Below, piece after piece: positions 11,698 to 24,049 of a stretch of 38,038 nucleotides of DNA; the stretch's first letter is position 1, and every line of letters starts with the position of its first letter. A program made the translations under genes and the position numbers. Below the pieces are notes generated by a model. That model saw only the letters and a list, made by a program, of their open reading frames with translations. It did not search any database and was not told the origin of the DNA. Source of the stretch: Octopus sinensis (Eukaryota). The stretch lies in contig NW_021835853.1 in the NCBI RefSeq assembly GCF_006345805.1, positions 1-38,038 on the forward strand, in the 5' to 3' direction.

Positions 11698-11882
11698 GAA
11701 TGGAGCTGAACGACGAATTAACAAAATTCCTTTATTTTCGACATATGTTTCGAAGGCTGCATATTCCTATATATATATATATATATATATACACGAGAAT
11801 TTTGATCCCAATGTGTTGAGTGCCCTTCTTTCGTTTGTCTAATCCCTCGTACACACACACTCACACACACACACACACAATA
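11508..11882. mobile_element. Composite non-autonomous insertion: ~150-bp module with 42-bp-arm hairpin, (TA)n, half-hammerhead fragment, (TA)n, 60-bp module, (CA)n
   Basis: It splits mariner codons cleanly (ACC GGA | ATA AAT). A reverse-complement copy lies at about 3850-4185. Confidence 0.8.
11735..11765 (-). ncRNA. 3' half of a hammerhead motif (GAAAC-AUAU-GUC); CUGANGA half replaced by a TA microsatellite
   Basis: Minus strand reads GCAGCCUUC-GAAAC-AUAU-GUC/GAAAA; stem III is the palindrome ACAUAUGU. Confidence 0.4.
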
Positions 11883-12539
11883 ATAAATAAACTTGTTTCG
11901 AGTAGGCAAAAGTCTGTTGATTCTGATGGTGTTCATTTCGATTAAAAAAGCTTTGTTTGAGCCGAGATATGTGCATCTGAATTTAAAGGTTAAAAACTGC
12001 AAGAACTTTCTTGACAATGTAATACATAACATTTCTTACGGCCGTTTCGGCTGCCGATGTCAATCAGTGCTTACAATGATAATTCCGAAAATATATTCAC
12101 TATCTTTATAGCACATTCGATGTGGTACATGGGGCTTCATCAGAGGGAATACAAATACAAAAATTAAAGTAAATAAAATAAACGAAGGGAAGAGGGGAGA
12201 GGAAAGAACAGAGCCTCGAAGTGAGGCCAGAAGGTTCAATAAATTAGAATCATACCATTTTGTAGTGTGAAGCTTGAAGTCGATAGGCAAAAGAGTAAAG
12301 TAGCAAATGAGCTAGAGATATATTTTATGGGTTATGTCTTTATGTAGGGGTTCCAAGGTATATAAATAGTTGTAGGATAAAACTAGTTCTAATGTAAAAC
12401 AGGAATCACCAAAATGTCTAGAAACGAATGTGTCTTTAAACCTCCTGCTTTCTGAAACTTGTATAGCGCTTCTAGTTGCACTTTGTTCTTGACGTTTGGA
12501 TCAAGAAGCTTTTCATGAGTGGACCTCTTTGTTGCTTTT

Positions 12540-12890
12540 GTATAAGAAGCTTGCTTCTCAACCACATGATCGCTGGATCAGTCTCACTTCGTGGCAGATT
12601 GGGCCGACCAAATCCTCATGAGTGGAGTGGTAGACGGAAACTAAAAGAATCCCGTCGTATATATATGTGTGCATGTCTTTGTGTCTGTTTGTTCCCACTA
12701 CCGCTTGACAACCGTTGTGGTTGTGATAGTGTCCCCTTAACGTAGCGGTTCAGCAGAAGGAACCGATATAGTAAATACTAGGCTTTAAAATTAAGTAGTG
12801 TGGTCGATTTGTTCGACCAAAACATTTCAAAGCAGTGTCCCAGCAAAGCCGCAGTCATAAATGACCTAAAACAAGTAACAGATTTAAAAC
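12540..12890 (+). mobile_element. SINE-A, diverged with internal deletion
   Basis: GCTTGCTTCTCAACCACATG...GACGGAAACTAAAAGAATCCCGTCG...GCCGCAGTC. Confidence 0.75.
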
Positions 12891-12914
12891 AAAAATAGAA
12901 TGGTTATATATACA

Positions 12915-13380
12915 GAGATAGAGAGTGAGTGAGTGAGTGAGTGAGTAGAGAGTGCGTGACAGAGTGCGTGGGTGAGTGACTGAGTGAATGACTGAGTGAG
13001 TGACTGAGTGAGTGAGAGAGTGATTGAGTAAATGACTGAGTGAGTGACTGAGTGACTGAGAGAGTGCGTGAGTGAATGAGAGAGTGAGAGAGTGAGTGAG
13101 TGAACGAGTGAATGAGAGTGTGAGAGAGTGAGTGAGTGAGTGAGTGAGTGAGTGTGTGAGTGAGTGAGTGAATGAGAGTGTGAGAGTGAGTGAGTGACTT
13201 ACTGACTGACTGACTGAGAGAGTGCGTGTGTACGTGAGTGCGTGAGTGATTGAGTGAATGACTGAGTGAGTGACTGAGTGAGTGAGAGAGTGAATGAGTG
13301 AATGAGAGAGTGAGAGAGTGAGTGAGTGAGTGAGTGAGTGAGTGAGTGACTGACTGACTGACTGCGTGAGTGAGAGAGTG
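12915..13380. repeat. Degenerate (GAGT)n/(GACT)n microsatellite, ~460 bp
   Basis: Direct inspection. Confidence 0.95.
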
Positions 13381-14249
13381 AAAGAATCGCAATTTAATAC
13401 TATTGAAGCCATCTCGACCGTTACTTTCCTTACCCACATGGGATGTAACAACGACCACTCCACTGACACAATACATATTTCAAACGTCCAAACAACCAGC
13501 ATCAACACCACCACCAACAACAACAACAACAAATACTATATAATACAACAATAAAGTAACTGAAAACCAACACTACAACTACCCACAGCTAGCTTGAGAT
13601 AAACATCATCTCTTGCAGCACTCTCTCCTTACAACTATCCCTTCGACATATTCGTACCCTGCCCCAGGTGCCCCACCTCTCCCATCCTCCTCAAACAAGT
13701 ACCTACCTATACCTTGATTCATCTCTCTCTCTCTCTCTTTGAACATTTTCCTCTCTCTTCGTCTCTCTCGCTTTCTTTGTTTCTCTTATTCTTGTCCTCC
13801 CTCCTCTCTCTCTCTCTCTCTGTCTCCCTCTCTGTCTATCACACAAGATTCTTACCCTATATCCTCGTACCATGTCTTCGCCCACATTACCTCACATTTC
13901 CATCTTTCCGTCGACTTCTGTCAAATTTGATTGAGTAGTAAGGTAAATCCATGATCAAGATCGTTCCAACCGTGACCATCCTTTTCTCTTACACAAGCTA
14001 AAGCAAAGAACTACATTATCATACGAAGTATTATGTTTCTCAAGATAGTAAAATGCAAATCGGAAAACAGATTGATGATGGTGGTGGTGGCGGTGGTGGC
14101 GGTGGTTGTGGTAGTGGTGGTGGTGGTGGAGGAGGAGGAGGAGGAGGAGGGGGAGGAGGAGGGAGATCGTGGTGTTGTCGATGATGGTGCTGGTTTGTAT
14201 AATAGTTAGAATGTCGAGGAAAATGAGGAAAATGTATCGCCACATTACT

Positions 14250-14570
14250 TCCATGACTTTACGTTTCGAGTACAATATTCGTTCGGGATCGATAAAATAA
14301 AGAATCAGTGAAGTACTGTGGTCGATGTAATCGTCCTCCCTACTCGCCGCGAAATTGCCGGCCTTGTACCAATATTAGATACAACAACAACACAATAATA
14401 CTCTCTACTATGGGCGTAACGCATGAAATTTTGGTGGGTGGGGTACGTCGATCACATCAACACCAGTACTTGATTCGCATTCAATTTATCAACCCCTAAA
14501 GGATGAAAGACAAATTCGACTTCAGCAGAATTTGAACTCAGAACGTAGACACAAACGAAATTAAAGACAG
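14250..14570. mobile_element. Diverged SINE-B fragments (about 14250-14385 plus, alternative tail; about 14460-14570 minus)
   Basis: Degenerate matches to the GTCGATAAAATAAG...GGTCGATGTAATCG...GGCCTTGT tail and to the core/B box. Confidence 0.6.
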
Positions 14571-14974
14571 TAGGCCGGAATTAATTGTCAGAGATCACCA
14601 AGAAAAAAACATGCTTTCTAATCGATGTATCAAAACCAGCAGAGGACAATGTTTCTCTAAAAGGAACGGACAAAATACAAAGATCTGGAAATAGAGGTAA
14701 CTCGAATGTGGAGTCTAAAAACAGAAACATTTCCTATCGTAGTAGGCGCATTAGGTATGATAAAAAAATCCAGACAAATACATAAGAGAAACACCAGGAC
14801 TAGCAAGTATATAAAACATACTGAAAACAGCACTACTAGGCACCGACACACCCTACGTAGAACACTTTCAATACAGTAAAAATAAGAGCAACAGACCCCA
14901 GCACATACCCAAGGCACACACTGCTTCGCTCGGTAGTGAAGTGAAAGGACGTGATAAAAATAGGAGTACTGAAT

Positions 14975-14998
14975 GCTACTACTACTACTACTACTACA

Positions 14999-15045
<47 letters not shown>

Positions 15046-15069
15046 AAATAATACTACAAATAATACTAA

Positions 15070-15110
<41 letters not shown>

Positions 15111-15116
15111 ATAAAA

Positions 15117-15172
<56 letters not shown>

Positions 15173-15175
15173 TCT
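14975..15175. repeat. (CTA)n, (TAG)n and (TAA)n trinucleotide cluster
   Basis: Direct inspection. Confidence 0.95.
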
Positions 15176-15214
15176 TTCTATTATAGGCACAAGACAAAAT
15201 GTTAAGGGAAGGAT

Positions 15215-15365
15215 AAGTTAATAACATTGACCCTAGTACTCAACTGGTACTTGTTATATCGACCCCAAAAGGATGGAAGGAAAAGTCAACCCTGATAGCA
15301 TTTAAATTCTGAGAGTAGAGTCGGATAAAATGTCCCTAAGTATTTTGTCCGGTGCGTTAACAGTC
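15215..15365 (-). mobile_element. Old diverged SINE-B-family copy
   Basis: actggtactt...tatcgaccccaaaaggatggaaggaaaagtcaac matches the reverse complement of the core. Confidence 0.6.
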
Positions 15366-17007
15366 TGGCAAAATCGTTAGTGGAATCTCGTTAGTATTTA
15401 TATTCTAAGTTCAAAATCTTCCGAGGTGGAGTTTGCGTTTTATTCTTTCGGGGTCTATACAATAAGTACCTGTTTAGCGTGAGATGGTGATGTACTCAAG
15501 AAAACTTAACTCACCAAATTTAAGGCATATCAAGCCTAATTAGTTTAATGAAGATAATGATAAGCTATGTCGTACGGATACTGAAATCATCCAAAATGTT
15601 ACCAACCTACAACGGCCCGTGTTCGAAGCTTTTCCCTTGAATAAATATCAACGGTGTGGAGAAAGGAGACTGGCATGTATGGGCAGCCATTTTTCTTTCT
15701 GAAAATATCTTGGTCAATCTTCACTGACGGAGATCCGAACGCAATGAACCGTTTGCAAAGAAACTTAAATTTTTTTAATTAAGTTTTAATCTTTTTTTTT
15801 TTTAAATCATTACTTATTTATTTGAATTATCTCCCCCATTTTCTTTGCTATTCACTAACGCATGCTATAAGGGGCACCATTCGCTAATGATTCTGCTTTA
15901 ATTTCTGTTTTTCCAAATTAATCCTTAATTTATTTACAGTGTCTCTTTTCTTTGCTAGTCACTAACGAATGCCGCTAGGGTTATCATTTGCTTTCAACAA
16001 CAATATTAAAAATTTCAGTTCCTTGCGTATGTTATTTGGAGCGTTTTCAAAAAACCTGATTCATATCAAGCCATGGTTTTGGTTTATTTGGTTTTCGTTG
16101 GAGGAATTATGTTTTTAAGTATACATTATGAAATGCCAGTCATTATATCTAACTTTAAATGGATGGCTTGTTAGAATGCTGAAAACTGCGGCATTCGCCA
16201 TGAGAAGCCCTCTCATATAGACGCATGGTGCATAAAAGGACAAACGTATATCGTAGCAGATGCCGATCGTCTTGTGTAGGTGCAGGAACAGCCAAATCTT
16301 GTGATTTCTGTGTACTTCAGTTCTTCAGTGAGAGCCGTTCGGTAACCGTATACCAGCCAAATCTTGCTGCCACGATATATAGAATATTAGTGTTTTTTCA
16401 GTCACTAATGCCACAATACCCAGCTTAACGTCGAGAGCTTGTTAAAACCCCGAATACTGGGGTATTCGTCTCTAGAGGTCCTCTTATATATGCGCGTGAT
16501 ACATAAAAGCACTGGCGCTTTCACTAGACGATTCTTGTCTACTACGATATATATCTGTGATTCATATAGAGACGCAATGATGGTGGTGGGGGTGGAGGAG
16601 GTGGAGGAGGAGGAGGTGGTGGGAGGGGGGAGGAGGAGGAGGATGGGAGGAGGAGAAGGAGGAGGAGGATGATTAGGATGTGGAGGTGGATGAGGATGAT
16701 GAGGAGCTGGAGGTGGTTGAGGATGATGATGATGATGATGATGCGGAGGAGGAGGATTTGTTGGCGTTCTAACAAAACATTCACGTCAAGCAAAATACCT
16801 TTTGAATCTAATACTACTTCCCTAAGTGATATTTTTTTTTGCTATCTAGAATTCAAAGAGAATGACTACTATTCTCTTCAAACTTCGCTTTTGACATCTG
16901 GACATCAATGCTTTGAAACCAACCGATATTCCATTATTTTTCGGACAGATACAGCGCTGAGTTACTGAAGCAGAAACATCGTAATAACAAATATTCAGCT
17001 CAATACC

Positions 17008-17241
17008 TATTTCTTTACTGCCCACAAGGAGCTAAACACAGAGGGGGACAAACAAGGACAGGCAAACGGATTAAGTCGATTATATCGACCCCCCATGCGT
17101 AACTGGTACTTAATTTATTGACCCCGAAAGGATGAAAGGCAAAGGCGACCTCGGCGGAATTTGAACTCAGAACGTAGCGGCAGGCGAAATACGGCTACGC
17201 ATTTCGTCCGGCGTCCTAATGTTTCTGCCAGCTCACCGCCT
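17008..17241 (-). mobile_element. tRNA-derived SINE-B, full length, 10-bp TSD
   Basis: Head GGCGGTGAGCTGGCAG (A box), B box GAGTTCAAATTCC, core GCCTTTCATCCTTTCGGGGTC.ATAAATTAAGTACC, tail ...GTGGGCAGTAAAGAAATA. TSD gctcaatacc at 16998-17007 and 17242-17251. Confidence 0.92.
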
Positions 17242-17489
17242 GCTCAATACCAGAGACTTGCTAGTCAGGTACTTGACCTTAACCACTTGAGCATGTTCCT
17301 TAGTGGCTGACATTATAAGCAGGAGTAGTTGGAAGCATCATACCGATGTGTTGAGAAGGATTCTTTGGGGTTTGAATAAATGTAACAAAAGCATAGTCTG
17401 AAGGAAGTATTAACCGTTCCTCATACTTTCTATGGATAAACAAATAATAAATAACAGTTGCAACTCAAGAACAAAAACTGTGTTACACA

Positions 17490-17895
17490 GGAGTGGCTGT
17501 GTGGTAAGTAGCTTGCTAACCAACCACATGGTTCTGGGTTCAGTCCCACTGCGTGGCATCTTGGGCAAGTGTCTTCTGCTATAGCCCCGGGCCGACCAAT
17601 GCCTTGTGAGTGGATTTAGTAGACGGAAACTGAAAGAAGCCTGTCGTATATATGTATATATATGTATGTGTGTGCATGTGTTTGTGTGTCTGTGTTTGTC
17701 TCCCTAGCATTGCTTGACAACCGATGCTGGTGTGTTTACATCCCCGTCACTTAGCGGTTCGGCAAAAGAGACCGATAGAATAAGTACTGGGCTTACAAAG
17801 AATAAGTCCCGGGGTCGATTTGCTCGACTAAAGACGGTGCTCCAGCATGGCCGCAGTCAAATGACTGAAACAAGTAAAAGAGTAATAGAGTAAAG
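17490..17895 (+). mobile_element. tRNA-derived SINE-A, full length, with internal TA/TG microsatellite
   Basis: GGAGTGGCTGTGTGGTAAG (A box), GGTTCAGTCCC (B box), CTTGGGCAAGTGTCTT, GACGGAAACTGAAAGAAGCC, microsatellite, GACAACCGATGCTGG...GCTCCAGCATGGCCGCAGTC...(AAAGAGT)n tail. Confidence 0.9.
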
Positions 17896-18299
17896 AGAGT
17901 GTAATTACATTATCAGACGTTTCTTTTGTGTCATCAGATTGTAATGAGATTATGACTTAAGCGAAATTTTGGTGTAGTTTTATAGAAACTTTACTACAAA
18001 TGCGGTCCTGTTATTTAACCGCTAGGCATCTCTGTTCAAATAATCACATGATTAAAAGCCATTCCAGCTGCGACTATCTCGTCTATATCTGTTTCGTTTT
18101 CTTTTTTGTTTGTTTTTTGGGTTTTTTTTCATCTAGAATATCTTTGGGCTTACATTCGATTCGTCAATTTATTAAAAAAAGACAAAAAAAAGACGGTAGG
18201 CTGAAATTTGATGTAGATTTGTCCTCAACAGAAGTAGTGTAGGGAAAACAATGTTCTTATTGAAGCCGGGTGTAGAAATGAAATGAATAGAAAGAAGGA

Positions 18300-18354
<55 letters not shown>

Positions 18355-18619
18355 GAAGAAAGAAAGGAAGAAAGAAAGAAAGAAAGGAAGAAAGAAAGGA
18401 AGAAAGAAAGGAAGAAAGAAAGAAAGAAATGAAAGACGTGACAAGTGCCGAGAATTGTTAGAATCTGGGATTTAACCTTGGTGATAACTTTAACCTAATT
18501 GATAACGTGAGGACCTTTCACCGATATCCCATGTACGTACATGCATGTGTATATATATATATGTATGTATATACATATATATATATTTATATTATATACA
18601 TATATAAGTATAATCGTTG

Positions 18620-18651
<32 letters not shown>

Positions 18652-19115
18652 CGTGTGTGAGAGTATATGTATATATGTATATGTATATATATATATGTAT
18701 GTAGGTATATGTATAGTTGTATACATCCTTATAGACGCATATACACACACATACTTTCATACATGGACACATGTACCAGCATTTTCACACGTGTTTGTAA
18801 CTGCGTGTATTTGTGCGTGGGCATGTACGTGCGCATGTGTGAGTTGGATCTTTTGACGTTTAAACGAATAACTACGAACAACTAGCTGTATTTTCGTGTA
18901 AGTAGCTCAGTTAGCCATGAACATTGGTAATCTAGAGTAATCTATAGGGAGAAAATGCATATTCCTCAGGCTTATTTAACTCTTTTATTGTAATATAGTT
19001 AAAAGCTGTGTGTTCTTGGACAGCTCCCAGAGGGACCACAGTTCCCAATGATGTCCCAATCCAAGGATTGAAACTGACCCAGATGCTCCATGCATTTTTG
19101 TCAACAAACATTGTG

Positions 19116-19168
<53 letters not shown>

Positions 19169-19184
19169 ATATATATATTATATA

Positions 19185-19360
19185 TAGGAAGAGTTACGAA
19201 AAAACAAAAGACGAGACAGGTGGTGTACAAAACAAACAGATGTATTAGTATAACGCTCAGGAATAGAAAAAAGTCTTTTACGATTCGAGCCTACGCTCTT
19301 CTACAGAAAGGGACACAGAAAACAAGGAGAGAAAAAAATATGTGTAGTGGCTATATATTA
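19185..19360 (-). mobile_element. Short Penelope-like/HHR-bearing repeat; related fragment at about 4585-4665
   Basis: Contains HHR5. ACAAAAGACGA.G.CAGGTGG..TACAAA is shared with 4630-4665. Confidence 0.5.
19275..19310 (-). ncRNA. Hammerhead-like motif (HHR5), CUGUAGA variant
   Basis: Minus strand reads CUUU-CUGUAGA-A-GAGC[GUAG]GCUC-GAAUC-GUA/AAAG. The stems pair, but there are two core substitutions. Confidence 0.5.
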
Positions 19361-19363
19361 TAT

Positions 19364-19396
<33 letters not shown>

Positions 19397-19398
19397 TA

Positions 19399-19758
19399 CT
19401 AGCAATATCGCCCGGCGTTGCAAGGGTTTGTTTCGACCTTAGAATTGGAATTTTTGAAAAGTAAAAGTTCTTCATTATGTAGCTTATTTTCTTTAAGCGA
19501 ACATTTTTCTGGTTGAAATACACCGAAAAATGGCAACGCAGCAGTCAAAAAATCGTAAAAAATAGGGATTTTCATAGAAAAAAAGCAACTTTTTGATGTA
19601 AATAACTTTGGGTGTTAATATGGTCCGATTTTAATGTTTTCTTCTACGGAAGGGAGAGCCAGCCATACTGTCAATTTTGGTCAACTTGCGCCGCAGGGTC
19701 TCGGAGGAGATAGTGTTAGTTGAAGGCTACCAAACCTGCTATATACAGACAACTTCGG

Positions 19759-19775
<17 letters not shown>
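19399..19775 (-). mobile_element. Non-autonomous Helitron, different internal sequence; 5' end merges into (TA)n
   Basis: The 3' end CCCTTGCAACGCCGGGCGATATTG-CTAG|T closely resembles the 29140 terminus. Confidence 0.7.
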
Positions 19776-19839
<64 letters not shown>

Positions 19840-19847
<8 letters not shown>

Positions 19848-20380
19848 TGTGGGTCTTAGTCTTTATGTTTGTTCATTTGTTTACGTCCCTGTAACCTAGC
19901 AGTTCGTCAAAACAGACTAGAATAAGTACCAGAGTTTTAAAGAAATGAGTACTCTTGGGTCGATTTGTTCGACTAAAACCCACGAGTCCAGCGGCGGTTA
20001 GGCTTAAAGGATAAAAGATATCTTAAGTATGATACACAGCTTGCTGTCTTAATAAAATACAGCTTCTGTTGCACATAACGGATTTATTAGCATAGATGTA
20101 TACGTGTGTGTGTGTGCGCGTGTGGGTGTGTGTGTTGTGTGTGTGTGTGTATGCGTGTGTGGTGTGTGCGTTTGTGCTTGTATTTGTGTGTATCATATTT
20201 GTTAATTTTTTTTACTTGTTTCAATCATTCAACTGCGGCCATGCTGGGGCATCGCCTTGGAGGGTTGACCCAATGGTTGCGCAGATTCACGCCAGTATTT
20301 ATTTTAAGTCTTCTACTCATTCTATTGGTCACTTTAGCCGAACCGCTATGTTACAGAGGCGTGAAAAGGCCAATACTGGA
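19840..20380. mobile_element. SINE-A 3' fragments (about 19840-20020 plus; about 20215-20380 minus); another 3' fragment at about 2590-2670 minus
   Basis: gaataagtacc...ggtcgatttgttcgactaaa; actgcggccatgctgggg; aaccgctatgttac. Confidence 0.6.
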
Positions 20381-21367
20381 ATTCGTTGCTTAATATTATT
20401 GCTCACCTCCTAGCTGAAGAGATATTCGTTCTATGTATGCTCCAGCCATGACTACCTCGTTTTTACTCATTTTCTTTTCTGGTGTATTTCACATTACAAT
20501 GTTCCCTGTATCCATCAAGTGCGGTACTGGCAAAGTAGTAGTGCAGTGGATAGAATAACTTGCAGTATTTATTCTGGTCCTTTGCGTTCAAATGTTACTG
20601 AAGTTTATTTTGCTTTGCTGTTTTTCGGCTTCGATATGTAAAGCACCAGTTATTACAAAGGTCGAATTCCACCCTTTCTCTCGAAATCGTCTAGGTTGGG
20701 AATGTGAGTTATAAGCACATACATTGCGGCCCCGTCAATATGTTCATTGGTAATCTGTACACACGACATAGAAGAACTTTGAAAAAGATATGTCCATGTC
20801 CACCTTGATACAAATAGATCAAGGTGTTGGATCTGAGTCACCTTTATACAGCTTTTTCTAGGAAAACTAGTGGGAAATATGCTATGGGCAAACTGCGGCT
20901 CGCACGATATTCTGAATGTCATGCCTAACGAAAAATTACTTTCAGTTGTTTTAGCAGCTCGGTTCTCAAAAAAAAAAAAAACCTTTCCTATTCAGTGGTA
21001 AGATCAGCAGAAACATTCTTGAAATTCTATTTAAAATGCTTCATTGCGACGAAGTTATTAAACTATTTGCTTGTTAGCTTGAAAAATTGAAGGACGACAT
21101 ACGACAGTAATCTGACATCATGCGAATATTGAATTATCTCCCTTTATGATTTGTTTTCTTTATTTTTTCCCATTTTCTGCCATTTGTTGTCTTTTTATTT
21201 CGTATTTGATTTTTAAATGTGTATTGAAAGAGAGAAAGTTCAACGAAACGTGGACGAAATTTAAAAACAGTGAAGAAAATGCAATAAATAAATAAATGGA
21301 TGAATAATGAAAATAGGAAACATTGAGTATTTCTCGCACTCTCTGTTTCATCTCTTTCCTCTCTGTA

Positions 21368-21403
<36 letters not shown>

Positions 21404-22058
21404 TTCACTCTCTGTTTCTCTCTTTCCCTCTCAAGAATTGTCAGAGAACAGGTGTGAATTGAACGAAAGATCTACATAAATAAAGCAGAGTGTCTTTGCC
21501 TTATCTGGGTATCCAATTTCGGAAACACCCGCACCTTTCTCAGCGCACGTAACGCCATCAGTGTTCATGTTTTCCTTTTGTTTTTTGTAGTTACATACAT
21601 AAAGACACACACACACACACACACACACAAATACACGCATACATATGTGCGTGTATATGTATGTATGTATATATATATATATACACATACACACCTGCAT
21701 ATATATATAAATACACATGTTATATATATAATATATATTATACATATACATATATATATATATTTATTAATATACTATATATATACATCCATATATATAC
21801 ACACATACAGAGACACAAATACATAGGTATTCCTTTCTTTTTATAGATATTGTTCTTTTTTTTTTCGCCTTCATTTTTACCCACCCCGGAAAGACATCCG
21901 GGTATACGAAAATCAGTCAAGATTTGAACGAGCTACCTAAATTGAGAAGTTGTTTGCTTATACTAAAGCCATAAATTTTCCTTTCCATCTTCCATACTAA
22001 ATGACTTGATCCACGTCCTTTACTTCTCTTTCGCTCTCTAAGGGTCAAAAGGAGCGCG

Positions 22059-22096
<38 letters not shown>

Positions 22097-22216
22097 TTCC
22101 TTCCTTTCCTTCCTTCCCTTCTTTCCTTCTTTCTCTCTTTCGGTCTGGTTTTCGTTTGTTTCTTCGTTTTTAATTTCATTCATTTTCATTTTTCTTTTTC
22201 CTCTCATTTACTTTAA

Positions 22217-22263
<47 letters not shown>

Positions 22264-22268
22264 TCCTA

Positions 22269-22301
<33 letters not shown>

Positions 22302-22586
22302 TTTCTTCCTTCTTTCTTCTTCTTTCTTTCTTTCTTTCTTCTTTCTCCCTCTCTTTTCTTTGTTTGTTTCTTTCTTTCGTTCTCTCTCTCTCTTTTCTCT
22401 GGAAGATTTGTTATGTGAGGGTGTGTTTTGTTAGTATTGTTTTTCAAAATCACTATTTGTGTGTGTGTGTGTTATTTTTGTTTTTAATTTTATATCCTTT
22501 CGTTTGTTTAAACATTTTTATTTGTTTGGCTTCTTACTTTTATTATCATACGAATATTTACAAAAGTATCCCGAGAGAGTGGAAAA

Positions 22587-22599
<13 letters not shown>

Positions 22600-22631
<32 letters not shown>

Positions 22632-22838
22632 TAACACAATTAACACACGCACGTATACAAACACACACATATGCGCTACTACTATATACCAGCATACATA
22701 CATACATACATACATACATACACACATACATACATACATACATACATACACAAACACACACATACATATATGCATACATACATACATATGTACATACATA
22801 GATACATACATACATACATACATACATACATACATACA

Positions 22839-22870
<32 letters not shown>

Positions 22871-22927
22871 CATACATATGTTTGTGCACATACCAATGTG
22901 TGTGCATGATAAGTGAGTGTATGTATG

Positions 22928-22958
<31 letters not shown>

Positions 22959-23000
22959 GCATGCATGCATGTGTGCGTGTGTGTGTATGCATGCGTTCGT
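22600..23000. repeat. (CA)n, (TACA)n and inverted (TATG)n microsatellite cluster
   Basis: Direct inspection. Confidence 0.95.
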
Positions 23001-23460
23001 GCTTGTATCTATGTATGTCTTAATAAGCATTGATATTGACAGATATAAAAATTGACAGAGCTGGAGAGAAAGATAGAGAAGTATACATAATAAGAAAGGA
23101 GAACGAAGAGCGAAGGAAGGGAGATAAATGGCACAAACGTGTATTTGGAAACAAAATATTTGCATCATAAAAATCTTGCCTACACACCACCGCCATTCCT
23201 TGATAAAGTACTTCGTTGTCTTTTATTTGACACCTCCTTGCTTTATATCAATCATGTCTTGTTCATCAGCACACCATACCTTGACACAAATATATTTAAG
23301 TACTCGACTGCATTATTTGAGACTATGTACAATGCAAACCTTTTTGTGTTGTATTGTCAAAGTTATCGCTTCAAATGTATTGAGCATTCGTTTGTCTTCA
23401 TGGGCGACTTTTTCCATTTAATGTTTTTTTTTCTTAGAGAATAAGTTAACTTAAGTGCAG

Positions 23461-23845
23461 GCGCAGGAGTGGCTGTGTGGTAAGTAGCTTGCTTACCGAC
23501 CACATGGTTCCGGGTTCATTCCCACTGAGTGGCAGCTTGGGCAACTGTCTTCTGCTATAGCCTCGGGCCGACCGAAGCCTTGTGAGTGGATTTGGTATAC
23601 GGAAACTAGAAGAAGCCCGTCGTATATATATATATATATATATGTGTGTGTCTATGTTTGTGTGTCTGTGTTTATCCCCCCAACATCAATTGACACCCGA
23701 TGCTGGTGTGTTTGCGTCCCCGTAACTTAGAGACCGATAGAATAAGTACTAGGTTTACAAAGAATAAGTCCTGAGGTCGATTTACTCGACTAAAAGCGGT
23801 GCTCCAGCATGGCCGCAGTAAAAGAGTAAAGAGTAAAAAGAGAGT
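23461..23845 (+). mobile_element. SINE-A, full length
   Basis: Colinear with 17490-17895. Confidence 0.9.
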
Positions 23846-24049
23846 AGATACTTTATAACTGCAGTCAATAACTATCAAAATATATATATAGAGAGAGGGA
23901 GAGTTGCTTTTACTTTTTATCTTGTAAGAATCCTCGTGAACCAAGATTGACTATCTTGAGTTCTTGCTGATTCTTACACTGATGCGGTGGATTTTGGAGA
24001 CCTAAATTCCAAAGTCTAAGTCTTTAAGAGAATCATCCAGCGATAATGT

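Larger units (their letters stand above)
10625..11945 (+). pseudogene. Mariner transposase pseudogene (segments 10625-11507 and 11883-11945)
   Basis: In-frame stops; second catalytic Asp changed (HDNARPH to HGNARPH); YSPDLSPTD motif partly deleted. Confidence 0.9.
10625..12022 (+). mobile_element. Defective mariner (Hsmar1/SETMAR-like) DNA transposon, 5' end missing, interrupted at 11508-11882
   Basis: Translates as AETARDIDDAFGPGTTNERTAQW*FKKFRSGDE...KWVP..L.DNQK.R.FEVSS..L.RNKNDPFLHRIVTCDEKWILY...KGPILLHGNARPH...PHPPYS-PTDYHFFKHLDNFL...FYATG | INKLVSSRQKSVDSDGVHFD*. A TIR-like end AAAAACTGCAAGAACTTTCTTGACAATGTAA (11992-12022) is followed by TA. Confidence 0.92.

Noticed and set aside
12110-12150. 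CTGATGA motif on the minus strand near the mariner end
   Set aside because: No stem II and no GAAAC. It may be a decayed Penelope end, but this is unsupported.
14255-14290. Hammerhead-like GAAACGTA string on the minus strand
   Set aside because: No CUGANGA or stem II. It is explained as a degenerate SINE-B core (gactttgcctttc...cctttcggggtcgat).
17912-17945. CUGAUGA-CACAAAA-GAAAC-GUC on the minus strand
   Set aside because: Both core halves are present, but stem II cannot form and stem I is poor. At most it is a decayed relic.
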